Numbered from the whole stretch's first letter, positions 34,901 to 48,424 are shown. The stretch: 63,858 bases of DNA, filler included, from Reclinomonas americana ATCC 50394 (GCA_048213135.1; 5 parts of 4 records of this genome joined end to end with filler, not necessarily neighbours in it); one strand, 5' to 3'. Translations and numbers: made by a program. Notes: generated from the letters alone by a model not told the origin.

Positions 34901-37900
34901 GACTCAATTCGGAGAGCAGGTGCCGCGGTGGCTGTGGACAGCTCTGACGCATGCCGAACGGTGATGGTCCGAGCCGGTGAGCCGATCTTGATAATGTGAT
35001 TGGCGGAAGCCACGGATGAGGTGCTGCTGAGCTGCATGATTGAATCGACATTGAACAGCGAAGCGGTCAGCGAGACCGTGGCGGCTGCGTGGCCAATGGT
35101 AACGGCCTTGGTCGGTGAGCGTCCGAGTATGACGCTGCCCATGTTGCTGCCGGGTCCATTGCCGCCCACCAGCACCACGTCGCCACCAGTGGCCAATGTT
35201 GTTGACTGGCCGGCGAACACCAGTTCGTAGGTGGTGCCCACCACGTTTTCACGAGACACGGTAAGCGCCAAGGTCGGCTGTCCTGCAAGAACGAGCATGG
35301 TGTTGCCAGTCTGTAGTGTCAAATTCTGACCACTGGCAGAGCGCACAGTGGGCACCACAACCGCCGTCGACACCGTCACATCCTGCAGGGCTGCAAGCTG
35401 TGGTCGACAATCACAGCGTGTGAGCAGTGATATCGAGGCAAATGCATCACAGCGGAGGAAACAGCACGCAACTGTGCCTTGCACAGTGGTTGGCTTGCCG
35501 GTCGCACCAATCGTGATGCCTGTCAACGACGAGTCGACCGTGCCAATCGCAATGGTGGTGGCATCGAGAGAAAGCGAGTTTCCGTTCACGGTGACAACTC
35601 CGCCCTGAATGGCAATCTGTAGCAGCCCCGCATCAGCAAACATCCCGACAACCACCACCGCCGCCTACTACCACCTACCGTGTTGGTGCTCCGAGTTGTC
35701 GTGCCCAAGTACAGCGCGCTGTTCGTGCCAAGCCCGGGCGCAATCAGCAGACTCATGGCAGCACTGTTGTCATCGTGTGAGCATATGTCACGTCGTGCGG
35801 ACGTGAAAACAGAAACTGTTTTCACCTGCCGAGTCGATCGGGAGTCTGCATGGTCAACAGTGGAGAGACTGCGCCAGTGCATGTCGAGCACGACAGCACA
35901 AACACATTGCCGGAGCTAAAGAGCGTGGACGAAAGAGTGACGGTGCTGGAAAATGTCGCCGCTCCGGTGACCTGCAGGCGTTTCGCATCTCATGAGCACC
36001 ACCGCCACCAGCGATGCCGACGTGAGACATGCAAACGCACCGCCAGAGTCGACTGCGCGGCCAATGCTCCGCTGATCCGCGTGTTCGGCGACGACAAGAT
36101 TGTCGACGTGGATGCCGTTCCACGACCCACCACCACCTTGTGACACACAGAGAGTGTGTGAGATCGTGGACAGCGCGTTAGACCACGATCGGATGACACA
36201 CACACACACACCGTCGTGCCCGCTAGTGTACCAAGCAGAATATCTCCATCGGCACCCATTGGTCCGCCAGCAGTGGATCCGGCATCAATGTAGCTGATCG
36301 CTCTTGTCAGTCGCACAGCACAAGGGCGAAGCACGCGATCGTGAATAATAGAAACGCAACATGGAGCCGCCGACAGTGTTCGACTGTGTGGTGTTTTGTC
36401 CGCGCAGACTCGTCACGTCACCATCCCCGACAGCTTGGTCAGGGCGACGAATGCGTACTGCAGTGCCACTGGACGCGAGCAACGAAATCTGTGGGGCGCA
36501 GTCTGCGTCAGACTGACAGCTCACGCAGGAAGCACATGCAGCGACAACCCCGACGAACAATGCCAGTGGATGACTGTAGCGAGAGATCCGTGGCCGCTTG
36601 CGAAGAGACCTGATTGGCAGTGAGCTGACTCACGGAGAGCGTCCCCGCCAGTGAAAGCGATCCCGAAAATGTCACATTCTCGGCCACCACCAGCTGCGCC
36701 AATCGCGTGGTCAGCTTCGCACAAATGTGGTGCACGATGAAAACACGCTTGTCGCACCGATCCGAGCACACGCGTCACACGACCCGAAGATCCGAGCTGC
36801 ACCTCTAGTGCCGCATTGGATCCGCCCGTCACAATCACAATGTTGGAGTTTTGCGAAGACAGGCGCAGTTGGTCGCGCCCATTCACCTGCACACTGATGC
36901 CTTGCAGCACCACCTGTAACCAAGCGATAAGTGCACGCACAACTGTCTGCGTATGAGGGGACGCGCAACTTGATTGGTGCGGAATGAGGCGGCGCCGAGT
37001 GTCAAATTGCCATCCGCTGCGCCCGACGAGCTCTGTCCAGCCTCCACCCGCAAGTCGAGCCCCACGCCATTGATTGCCGGTCGTGTGAGCGTGAACCATG
37101 AAGCAGAGGTAGTGCTGCCTAGCTGGAGAGCGTCGATTGATGGCACCAAGAGGCGGCCGTTGAGAAGACTCAGGGAGTTCCCAATCGATGCCGTGCCGCT
37201 CACGGTAAGCGACGCCGCGGAGAGCGCTCCCGACATGGTGACAGTCGCCGATTGAATCGAGGTGGCACCCGCGGCGTTGCCAATCTGCACGTCGCCTCGC
37301 ACGGAACCCACATACACGGCACCGGGGGCAGACGAGCCTGGACCAGGGTCCAACGCTCTGCCATGCGCCAACAAATTGTCAGTAGATGACACCAAGTGGC
37401 ACAGAATAGACGGAAAACTCACACATCGCCACCGACACCACCGGTCGCCTGCTGGCCTATGATGCTGATCCGAGTTGCAGTTGCCGCAGCTGCGCGACTA
37501 ATGACACTGCCAAAGCCAATTGGACCCAGAACAATGCGACCCGTTGTCGGTTGCAGCGTCAGGTCGGTGCTGGCAGCAGTGGCAATCGACGGAGTCTGCA
37601 CACCGCCACTGGCCACCAGGAGACTGCTCATTGACACTGCGCCGTTGAGGGTGACGGTGGCAGAAAATGTGGCCGCTTGGGAGAAGGTGGTGGCGGCATT
37701 GAACGTCGACTGTCACAGGCGATTCAGAAGAGCGCAGTCGACATCACAGGAAGGAATTACTCTCCGGACAACGTACCACGCCAGCCACGGTAATCGCGTT
37801 GCTCGCACTACCCAGCGTTACGGAGCCGGCAAGAGACGTTCCCACGAGCAGAGACGTACCAGCGCTAATGGTCACTGTGCTGCCGAGAAGGGTCGTCTGC

Positions 37901-40900
37901 GAGAGCGCACACGGATGTGAGAATTGCTCGCTCCGTGAATGCCATCATCATACGAGAAATTCTCACCGTCGTGGACGACGCACTGCCCAGCGCAACACCA
38001 CCGCTGTTCTGGCCGACGCCATCGACACCGCCCACGACAGTCACGCTACCGCCAGACTGCCCCGAGCCGCCGACAATGGTCACCGAGCCACCCACGGATC
38101 CTGCGCCACTCACAGTTGCACCCTGCAACCACAACGTGCCAGCAGGGCCGGAGGCGGTGGTTGGGCTGGTGCGCTGCACGACAAATTGAGTGGCATCGCT
38201 TGCGCCCAGCCACACTGTCGGTGGTGCGCTTCCCGATGTGGCTTGCGCGAGAACACGAGTTGCTGCCGAAAGTAGCAGATTTCCGCCATTGATCTGCAGC
38301 ACTGGCGAGTTCACCAGTACGCCACCAGAACTCGTGGCCTTGCCAAGCACGACTTGCGACGCAGTTACCGTGCCGAGTTTCACGGCGCCCTCCTGCGACG
38401 CTGTGGCTCCCGTTCCGCCATCGACATAGCTGTGTTGACAAGCACCGCGTCAGTCGACTGCTTGCGCAACCCAGAGAGGAATCGCTCTCACGCAACATGT
38501 CTCCGCCTGACAGTCCCGTAGCACCCTGCTGACCAACGTACATTGTGTCTCGGCCGGCGAGCGACGAGTGCGGTGGACGAGCAATGGTGAGAGGGGCGTC
38601 GTCGCCCAGCCGCAAGATGCCACTCGTCGGCACCAGCGCGAGGTCTCTCGGTGTGCCACTCGCCGAACGCAGCAGATTGCTCACCAACACGTTGCCGGAG
38701 ACCGTGAGCGCCGTGCCCACCGACAGCTGCACTCATTGCTGTCAGACACACGCTATAGATTGACAGAGAAAAAGAATGGCTGCTTACCGTTCCGGGAACG
38801 CTGACCGCCGACGAGGATGCTCCAAGCGTCACCGCGGGCGACGATACCACCATCGATTGTACTCCGCTCACCGTCACCAATTGCGCACCGATACGAACCT
38901 GCAAAGAGACACAGATCGAGTCAGACAGTACTGGCGGCAGCGTGCGATTCCAACACTTTTGATACCTCCGTCGAGACGTCAGTATCGGCACCAAGCAGCA
39001 GTCGCCCATTTGCGCCACCACCGCTTCCCAGTGCGGGTGTGATTCGCAGATCGCCCCCCACCAGTGCTCCACTGCCAGTTGGTGCTGAACGTGACAGCAC
39101 AAACTCGGCGCTCCCCACACCACCCAGCGACAGCGTGCCACCATCGTTCTGGCCGACAGTCACCCGGCCGCCGACAGCCACATCCAACGAACCAGCAAGC
39201 CGCGTGGCGGCGGCTGACACGAGCAGCGTTGACGCGGCCTTGCCAATGACCGTGGTGTCGGCGGCTGTGGTTCCCAGGTACAACGTGCCGGCCGACCCGG
39301 CACCCTTGCCAGCATCCACGTACCTGTGGGGGCAGATACACCAAGTCACACAACAAGACAGTGGACGCACAGGAAGGGAATCGGTGCTCCACTGCCACCA
39401 CGCACATTGAACCACCCTGCTGGCCCACGCTCTGCACGTCTTGTCCGACCAGGTACGTGTCGAGACCGCTGGCACTCGCAGCCGCTGTTGGTCGCGATAT
39501 GCGGAATGCTCCCGAGGTGGATGCCGTGCCGAGTCGAACACGGGCACTGGCCGCGTCGAGAATAATGTCGCCAGTCGCGGCACTTGTCAGCGTACTCGTG
39601 AGAGTGCCGTCGAACGAAAGCGCGCCACGCAGGGTGGCACTGTTGGCCACCGTAAGCTGCCAGTGCGCATTTACCGTGAGTCAGCAGATGGTGATGCGCG
39701 GAGGAGTGCACACAAGAGGGTACCACTCACCGGCGACACGACAGTGACCGTGGAACCCGAACGACCCACAGTGACTGGGCCAGAAGTCGCTGCGGTTGCA
39801 ATGGTAACGCTCGTCGTACCATCCAGCGCAATCGTGGCGCCCTCGGCTTGCACCTGTGGTGGGGGGGACGCGAATCAATTGAGAGAGTGCATTGACGGTG
39901 ACGAGACGCGAGCGCACAGTAACAAACCAACTGAGTGGTGGACGAGCCGAGCCAGAGAGTTGCGCTTGTGGCGAACGCACCAGTGCCACTGGACGGCGCA
40001 ACGCGCAAGTGTGCGCCAATTACATCCATTGCCACGGGCGTCGGGCGAGTGAGCACAAACACCGAGGCAGCCGTGTTGTCGCCGAGCAGCAATGAATTGG
40101 CCGTCGTCGACGCCACAGCCGTCGAGCCGACAATGAGCCGCGTGTTGACCTACAGCAGTTGCGTGAGAGTCAAGTCTGTGGCGCGCTACTTGTTTCCAGC
40201 ATCACGCACCGTGAGGTCACTTTGCGATGTCAGGCCTGCAGAGGCCACCGTGGGCACAGCAAGTAGCACAGTGCGCGTGTGCTCGGTGCCGATTTTCACA
40301 TCGCCGTGCACCGTGCCGCCGGCGCCAGCATTTAGCAGTCTGCGCGTTGTTTAGTGTACGATCAACTCGACAGAGGTGCAGACGACATGTGTTAGCGACG
40401 CACAGTGGACCGCCACTGCCGGCTCCGGTGGTGCTTTGACCCGAAACTCTGGTAATGGACCCGTTGACGCTGTCGGTGCGCGCGGGTCGGCTGATCTCAA
40501 AGTCGGCAAGAGCGCCCACACGCAGCAACTGCGTCTGTGACGCGCGCAAATCCAGCGCAGGCGAGCCCGACAGTTGGTCAATGGCCGACATGGAGAGCGA
40601 CTGCGCCACTTGCAGCTGCGACACACACAGACAGCAGAAGCAGGGGCGTTTAGTGAGAATTGTGTGGAGTAAACAACAACAACAGAAGCAGGAGTAGCGT
40701 ACCGATCCGACAATGGAGACACTCTGTCCGGAGCTGCCAACAATAACAGTTGGAGCGGTTGCGCCGATGAGCAGTGTGCCTGCCGAATCCAGCACCGTCT
40801 GCACACGCGACGTGACGGAAACCTGCGCGCGACGCTCCCACTGTGTGAACGACGCAAATATGATAGAATTGTACGACTGTTGACACGCACTTGCGAGGTC

Positions 40901-43415
40901 CCGGAGGTGGAACCGATGGAGATGTTGCCGGGTGAACCCCCACCTGCTCCCGCGCCGCCTGCAAGCACCAGATCGACACCGACGGCAGACGCACTACCAC
41001 TTCGCGCGGGACGCGAGAGGACAAATTGTGACTGCGCCTCGGTGCCGAATTCCAGGCGACTGCCGCTATTGACAATGCTGCTGTTCGTCAGGGTGCTGAT
41101 TGTGGCACCTGCCGTAAATGATGCGGGCGCAGAGAATGTCGCAGGTGATGCCACCGTCACCGATCCGCTGGACACACCGAGCACAATCTAGGGCGACAAT
41201 CCGTGTTCGACAGAGTGAGTAAAACAGCATGAAATACGGTGACAGCAACGACAAAGGTTGCAACACACCTGCCCGGCATTGACAGTGGCCAGTCGCACGA
41301 TTCCAGCGCCAGCAGGACCGGTACCTCCATCCAGAAGCCTGCGAGGAATAACAAGTCAGGAACTCCCCCTCCAATACAGAGAGAAGATAGCGAGACGTAA
41401 CAGATCGCCACCGGCGCCGGCATTCGCCGTCTGACCCGCAACGCTGAGAGCAGAGGCGGAGGATTGGCCGTTGACGGGTGCGCCAAGTGTGATAGTGGCA
41501 CCGCCTCCACTGCCGAGCACCAAGCGTGCCGAGCTGGGGAGCAGAGTCAAGTCGACACCGGCAGCAGAGGAGATTTGCGACACGGTGAGGGCGTCATCAA
41601 TCTGTGACGCGGTCAGCGTGAGAATGCAAAGGAATGTGTAGACAAGCACATGGGCGCGCACCGTGGTGGCCTTGGTCAGTCGGATTCGGCTGCCACTCGT
41701 GGTGACGGTGAGTTCCCCGGTACTTGCACTCACAGACATGCTGGCGTTGAAGGACACGGCAACCAGATTGAGGCGAGCACTCGCCGATGGATTGGCAGTT
41801 TGCGCTGTCAGCACAGCGTCGCCACTGCTCGACTGCACCGAGACACCGCCGGCAAAATTAACGGCACTCTCGAAACTGAATGTACCCGACGCCGGAATGG
41901 AGAAGATGCGGTTGCGAGTGGGACCGAGGAAGGTGAGCGCGCTGGCGTCGGCCACGATGCTGTAGAACTGCGACATGTCGGCACGAATACCAATCTGCAT
42001 CTGGCCAGCAACCGCTCCATCGCCGGTTCCAGCAGGACGAATCTGTCGTGCAGATGAGTGGAACTATGACAAAAGTTGACAAGAGGTGAGAAAGAGCAAG
42101 TGCACACACCTGGAACAACCGTGTGCGTGCTTGCACAACACCCGAGAGTGTTGGGCTGTCGCTCGCTCCCGCTTCGATGTAAATGCTGCCGCCTGAGGCA
42201 CCCGTCACAGAGCCTGCCAGAAGAACACATGGTTTAGCGCGGTGTTCGACGGACGACAATCCGGCCTGCACACTCATTCACTCACCAGCCCCGCCCTGAA
42301 GACGCGTGTCGCCACCCGGGGAGCCGGCGCCGGCGGTGAGCACAAGTGAACCGCCAGCTGATGCCGCCGCTCCCTGTGCTGCCGCTGTGAGAATCGTGTC
42401 GAAAATAGAAGTCAAGCATCTCACAGTCACGAACCCGCGAATCCTGGCCAGAGAGAGTGGTGGTTCCGCCTACGCCGCGCAGCGTTTGCACTCGTGTAAG
42501 TGACAGAGGCACGCCCGGAGTGTCATCCAGCAGCTCCACGGTGGACGTCATGAAGCGCATGCTGGTCGTGGTGGTGATGGTCGACGTGCTATTGGTGCTG
42601 CCAGAGTTCGTTTGCAGCAACCTGCGCATGTGCACGCTGCATGTCAGCAATCGCGTCTGATCACGCAAAAAAATAAGGGAGCGACACGAAGAGTCGACGC
42701 ACGAGCGGCCAGTTTTTCCATCCACCATCGGCAGCGACTGTGTGGTCATCGTCTGCTGCGGCAAAAACGCCAGCAGCGTCTGTTGTCCGCGGGTCAGAGT
42801 GAAGCTCTGCAGACCGGTGCTGGCCAACCGGAACGACGTGGAGTCATCGTCGGCTACACCCGAGGATGTGGACGATACAAAGACCACTGAGGAACTGGTT
42901 GGCGATCGAATGGTGATTGTGGACGGTGACGAAGGCGATTCGACACTTATTACTGGTGCCGAAATGACCTGCGTGGCCTGCAGAGTGGCGGCCGTGGCCG
43001 AGCCTGTGGGGCGTAAGGAGAGCGAGTGAGGAGACACGGGGGAGAGAAGAGAAGAGAATGGGAGTCACAAACCCGCCACCGACAGACTGGAGATGCGAAC
43101 ATCCGGTCGCGCCAGCAAGAAAAGCACGATTCCCAGCATTGCCCAGAACAGTACCACGTGCACCACAAATACAGTGACCACGACAGCATCCTGCCGTGGT
43201 CTAGCACGCACACCGCACTGATAGAGGGCGCGGCGCCACCAGGCGGCCTTGGGGCTCTTGGGCGCACTCTGCAACTCCAGCGGCGACGACGGCTGTGCAT
43301 CTCCAAACGGCGCCGACCTCGGCCACGCCGCCCACGTGTCGAGGTGCGACGGCGGCGACATGGGCACCTGATACATGGCCGACTGCGGCGGCGCTGGCCC
43401 ACCCAACGGCACCAT
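31916..43415 (-). CDS. Giant type II membrane protein with fibre/adhesin-like Gly/Ser/Thr beta-repeats (about 41 exons, about 2,900 aa estimated; 3' truncated, 5' possibly truncated)
   Basis: A chain of exons separated by about 40 GT-AG introns of 50-90 nt; the junctions I checked keep frame. Pro-rich N-terminus, one TM segment (AVVVTVFVVHVVLFWAMLGIVLFLLA, about 43110-43190), then repeats of RP...GQ...GGDl.lDAG.G...G.V.IG, and a C-terminal 60-aa tandem repeat. Confidence 0.8.
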
Positions 43416-43416
43416 A

Positions 43417-43516
43417 NNNNNNNNNNNNNNNNNNNNNNNNNNNNNNNNNNNNNNNNNNNNTTAATTAATTAANNNNNNNNNNNNNNNNNNNNNNNNNNNN
43501 NNNNNNNNNNNNNNNN
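43417..43516. other. Artificial contig-joining linker
   Basis: N44-TTAATTAATTAA-N44. Confidence 0.97.
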
Positions 43517-44213
43517 CCACTGCGATCAAACTCCGCCTCCACAGCGCCCGGCAAATGCACGCCTGCCGCCGCCTCACGCTGACCACCAGCGCGCCGACCC
43601 TGCAACCGCGCGCTGAGCATGGCCAGCGCGCGCGATGCTGTGGTGCGCGCTGGCGGCAGCGGCGGCAACGCCGGTGGCTCTGGCGTAGTGGCCGCCGTCG
43701 TCGACATGGACGGTGGCGGCGACGGCGACGACGACATGAACGACGATGTGCCAGTGACTCCCGACATGGCCGACGAACGCCGCTGCTGCTGCTGTCGTCG
43801 TGACGATCGCCGCTCACCGCCTCGTCTCACCATCACCTTCTCATTCNNNNNNNNNNNNNNNNNNNNTCCTCCTCGTAATCACCATCATTATCCATGGTGG
43901 CGTGCGTCGTGAATGGCTGAAACGGTGCGTCTTCTCCCTGTTGCGCAGTGGGCACAGGCAGTGGACGCAGTCGCCACGCACGTGGTCGCGCAGACATGAG
44001 CTGAGCTGCGATGGACTGCTGCTGCTGTTGTTGTTGCTGTTGCTGGGCAAATTTGGACGGCGACGATGACGATGATGATTGCGAGAAGTGATCGGGAGAG
44101 GATGCGAACGATGATGCATCCTCTTCCTCTTCCTCCTCCACTTCTCGCTGGTGTTGTTGTTGCTCAAGTGCTGTGTGATTCTCGTCAGAGTCGTGTGAGG
44201 AGTCGGCGGGCAT
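43517..44213 (-). CDS. Hypothetical low-complexity protein, N-terminal part (3' truncated)
   Basis: ATG at 44213 (MPADSSHDSDENH) with poly-E, poly-S and poly-Q tracts. An open frame continues past a 20-N gap to the scaffold end. Confidence 0.5.
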
Positions 44214-44452
44214 GGAGAGTGTGGTGAGTGGAACCGCCACTGGCGCCGACTCTGTGACAAGAATGAGAGAGAGAGAGCGGTGAGTGAAAGTGCTCACTAA
44301 GAGAGATAGAGAGAGTCAGACACACACCGTCTGCCACGCTCATTGCGTTCTCGCGCCTTGTGTGTGTGTGTGTTTGTGTGTGACAAAAAATCAGACAGAA
44401 GTTCGCCAGCGTTCACTTTGGCTCACTCTTTCCCCTTCTCTCTCTGGCCCTC

Positions 44453-46173
44453 TCAGTCCGCATCTGGAATCGGCTGCATGGTGGCCCATTCGCGAAGAAG
44501 TGTGTCGCTCGGGACCACCAGGAACAGGCAACTTTCGGGATCAATGTCGAGGCTGTCGACGGCGTCGGTGCGTACTTGGGCTTCGACCTCGCCTGCGAAT
44601 GTGCATGTCAGAATGAAGCGACGCGACTCTTCTCGCTCTCCTTGCGCAAAACACGCACCTTCTTGCAAGTACAGAATCAACAGACGGCGACCGCTGAACT
44701 CGCAGCTCAGTCGCGACTCCTGAACAAGCCGATCGCGGACCGAGCCGAGGTACTGCCGCCGGATAAAGTAGAAGAATTCCTTGTCGAACTCCAGCCGCCC
44801 GTCGCCGTCGCGGTCTACACACAGTGTTGCATATGTGTGTATGCATGCAGATGGGTGCAAAAGGGAAAGGGCGACTGCACGCACCTGCCAAGTAGAAATC
44901 GAGCAGGATGTTGCGCTCCGACACGGCTCCCGACGAGCCGTGCACTGTGTCGAGCAGGTGAGCGCGACTTGTCGAGGTGCACGAATCATCGACACACGGA
45001 CGCAACTCTTGTGATGTAGCCGCGCCAAAAACTCCTTGCTCTCCTCGAACGTGAGCCATCCATCGCCATTGACCTGTCATGACGAGCGTCACGTTACAGC
45101 GACACGCAGGCACAGAGACGGGCAAAGGCGCAACATCTGCTTCCTGGAACTCGGCTCGTTTGCGCTCCCAGAACGCCTGCCGTGCACGCATACAAGTCAG
45201 CAAACGCGCAGGCATGAGCCATGTATCACAGAGAAGGAAGGACCTTGGATCGCAGCTGATCGCGCGCCTGTTCCATCGTCACTGGAGCGCCTGCCGATAT
45301 CGGGGTCATCGGTACCTCCTCGGACTGCGACGGGTGGATCACTGCGACGGCACGAGTGAGTGGCGAGCACGCACGCGGGCAAAGAGGGGAGAGGAGCAGC
45401 GCGCGCGCGCAACTGTTCCACATCTCATCCAGCGACTGATCGTCGGTCTTCTTCGCCGTCGCAATGTCCATGAGCGTGTCGCGAGCCAGCAGCCACTGGA
45501 ACAGTTGCACACTCTGTGACCGCACAGCTCAGACAACGATCGCGTGGAAGAGACAGAGTGAGCAGAGAGACCTCGCCAATCTCCAGCTCGCCGTTGCCAT
45601 TCGAGTCCAACATGTGCACCAGCTTGCGCGTCTGTTCCTCGTCCGGAGGCGGACCACGGTTGTGTGCTGGAGAGTGCATTGTGAGCGACAGAGAGAGGCA
45701 CAGAGAGAGAGAGTGACGGAGAAACCGCCATTCACCTTCCCAGAATGCGGAGAGAATGGCGTGGACTTTCATTGGTGACAGTGTGCCTGTGCCGTCCACG
45801 TCAGCGTCCTCGAACAACTGTCACACAGAGAGAAAGAGAGGGTGAGTGAATACACACATTGGCATTGCATGACGTGCACACTTGCCTGCACGACAAAGCC
45901 AAAGAACGAGTCGCATGTGAGGTACTCGCGCAGAGTGCGGCCAATGAGCGGGTGTGCGAACACGCTCTTGCACTGTGTGTGTGGAGTGAGCACAGTGCAA
46001 TGTGAGAGTGAGAGAGTGAGTGAGAGAGAGACCTCAGCGGGCAGTTCCATTTTGTGCTCCCAGGGTGCTCGGAAGCGATAACACACGCGCAGTGACTCAG
46101 CCTTGCGATGACGTACGCGGCGTGGTGAGCGCGGGTTGCTTCCAGATCGGCTGCGTGCTGCGGCGGCTGACAT
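44453..46173 (-). CDS. EF-hand calcium-binding protein (4 EF-hand loops)
   Basis: The spliced model gives loops DVDGTGTLSPMK, DSNGNGELEIGE, DVNGDGWLTFEE and DRDGDGRLEFDKE; the last two form only across predicted introns. The exon structure near the 3' end is uncertain. Confidence 0.75.
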
Positions 46174-46567
46174 TCTTCTCTCCCTGCTTGCTCGATTGGT
46201 CGATGATGTGACGAACGAGAAACAGGACGCAAGTGTTGTCAGACGTGCGCCACGACTGGTGGTGTTCTCTCTTGCGTGCGTGTATGAAGTATGATAGCGC
46301 TGTGGCGGCCTTGTGTTTGCGAGCTGCGAGATTGTTGACGTCGACGTCCGATATCGATATTGGTTTCGCCTTGCTTGCGAGAGAGTGGTGAGCAAGTTCT
46401 GCCTACTCGCGCAGGTGCTTGAATGACCGCTAGATGCAGTCGACATCCGGCTGGAGAGAGAGACACGGATGCACAAGAAAAACGAGAATGACTCACATCG
46501 CGATCGGAAAAATGTTGCCGAAGGGAGCACAACCGCGAGCTCTGGAAGGCGACGACAGTAGCAGTAC

Positions 46568-48424
46568 ATGCGTTCTCCGTACATGGTGTCAGGAAGACCA
46601 GCAGCTGAAGTCGTGCGACCAGCCGTCATGATCGGCGAATACCGGAGTCGGATCGATCGACGGCGAGTTGAAGTGCGGTGGATTCCACGCAGCACTTTCG
46701 ACTTGCAGCGCGCAGCGGAGACGAGAACACCAACAATGTTACTCTCTCTGCGCACCCAAACCTCTGCCTTCAACGCACTTGAATCAACTGCACCCCACTC
46801 ACCAGAGTTGTGCAGGGCAAAACCAATTTTCACGCGCGTTGACACCGCGGCCGCCGGTGCGTCGGCCGCCATGCAAGTGCCACACCTGGTCGAGTCCATC
46901 CATCAGCACCTTCTTCACGCACTCGCGGAGCAGGATCGCAAGACAAGAGCGCTGGTGTTGCGTTTTCCAGCAGTTGTCCTCGACATTTGCGAGCCGGTCG
47001 TCGATGTCTCTGGCAAGGCCATCGATCTGATGTATGCGATCTGTGAGGCCGCCGGCTACATGCCATACACCAAGCATTGTGCTTGCCAGTTGTTCCTGCA
47101 GACCACGTTGCGACATGCGGAGGCTGCACTGTCGAATTCGTCTTCTGCTGCTGCAAGTGGCAAGTTGTGCAATTGCCGATAGCAATGGTCTTCCACGTGC
47201 ACGTGGTGCCTGCACTGACGCGCGAGTGATCTGTGCACAGACATGACATACCTGGTCGCAAGAAGCGCTCGCGAGGACGTGATGCCGACGAGGATCGGCA
47301 GGTGCAGAATCCAGGGAGTGCCAGCAGATCATCGCAGCCGCCGCGACTGAACTTGCAGCTCGCGGCAATCGCCTGCGTGACCATTGCTCGCAAGGTGAGC
47401 AGCTGTGGAGCATTACTCTCTTGATCACCATGCTACTGTGTTGCTGTGTGGATGTAAATTGTTGTTTTTGTTGTCCAGATGCACGAACCGCTGTTGGATT
47501 TGGAAACGGAGGAGGACGAGAAGAAGCTGGCATTGTACGAGCACTTCTCTGACTTGGCTTCCAACCTGTGCGACGGTCACTTTAGTGCCAAGGACCTGCT
47601 GCGTGCTGGTGAGACATGAACAGGCGCAGCTGCTGTCCTTGACATTTTCACTCACGATGCTCCAGAGTTGGAGACACTGTCGCTGCTCAACTTTGCCTGC
47701 CACCTCGTCACACCGTGGGATTTCATCGAGGTGTACGTGTCCGTGATCAGGTACCACCACTGCCATCGCTTTCTCTTCTCTTCGCCGCCACCGGTTTGTT
47801 CACCCGTATCGTTGGCAGTATTGGTCAGAGCGAACTGGTTTTGCGCACGTGCGACTTGGTTCTCTCCAAGTGCATGCACCAGCGCATCATGCGGTGCGCA
47901 CACACCACGACAGTCTTCGCGTGACACTCACTCGCACTCACCTTCAAACCGCAGCAAAACACTGGAGATCGGTCCGAGCTCGCTGCCCATTGGTGAGGCG
48001 CCGTGCCTCTCTTCTCTCTCGCTCGCGATCGCCCGCACGCCATTCTCACCGCAAGAGTACACACGGGTGAGCAGAGCTGTTCTTGGACCAGGAGACGTTC
48101 ATGCCACTGTTGGCGTCGGCGTGCATCTCCGCCGCCTGCACCCTCATGTACGGACCGGCACATGCAGCGTCAGTAATGGGATTCGGTATGTCTTCATCAC
48201 TGTCAGATGGCTGCTGTTGCTGCTGTCACTGACAAATGCACGCACGCACAGTGTGCACGGCGTCTGGGTGCGACACTGCCAACGTCAGCACGCTCGCCGA
48301 ACTGCTGATGAGCAACGGCATCGGCATTCAGCACCCACTGCTGCTGCCGACGCCGCCCGTATCCCACCGGCGTCGCTGCACTGGCGCTGATGACGATGAT
48401 GATGATGATGACGACGACGAGTAG
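46568..48424 (+). CDS. Divergent cyclin (cyclin-box fold, D-like)
   Basis: AIDLMYAICEAAGYMPYTKHCACQLF...LQLAAIACVTIARK|MHE...FSAKDLLRA|ELETLSLLNFACHLVTPWDFIE, then PLLASACISAA and an acidic tail ending in TAG at 48424. The start codon is uncertain. Confidence 0.7.

Noticed and set aside
27389-43415. Functional clustering of the fucosyltransferase-like gene with the giant surface protein
   Set aside because: They lie on different scaffolds separated by an artificial linker, so adjacency is meaningless.
45818-45885. Possible GC-AG intron (AG|GCAAGT) in the EF-hand gene
   Set aside because: An in-frame GT donor (GTGCAG) 6 nt upstream fits equally well; it cannot be decided without transcripts.
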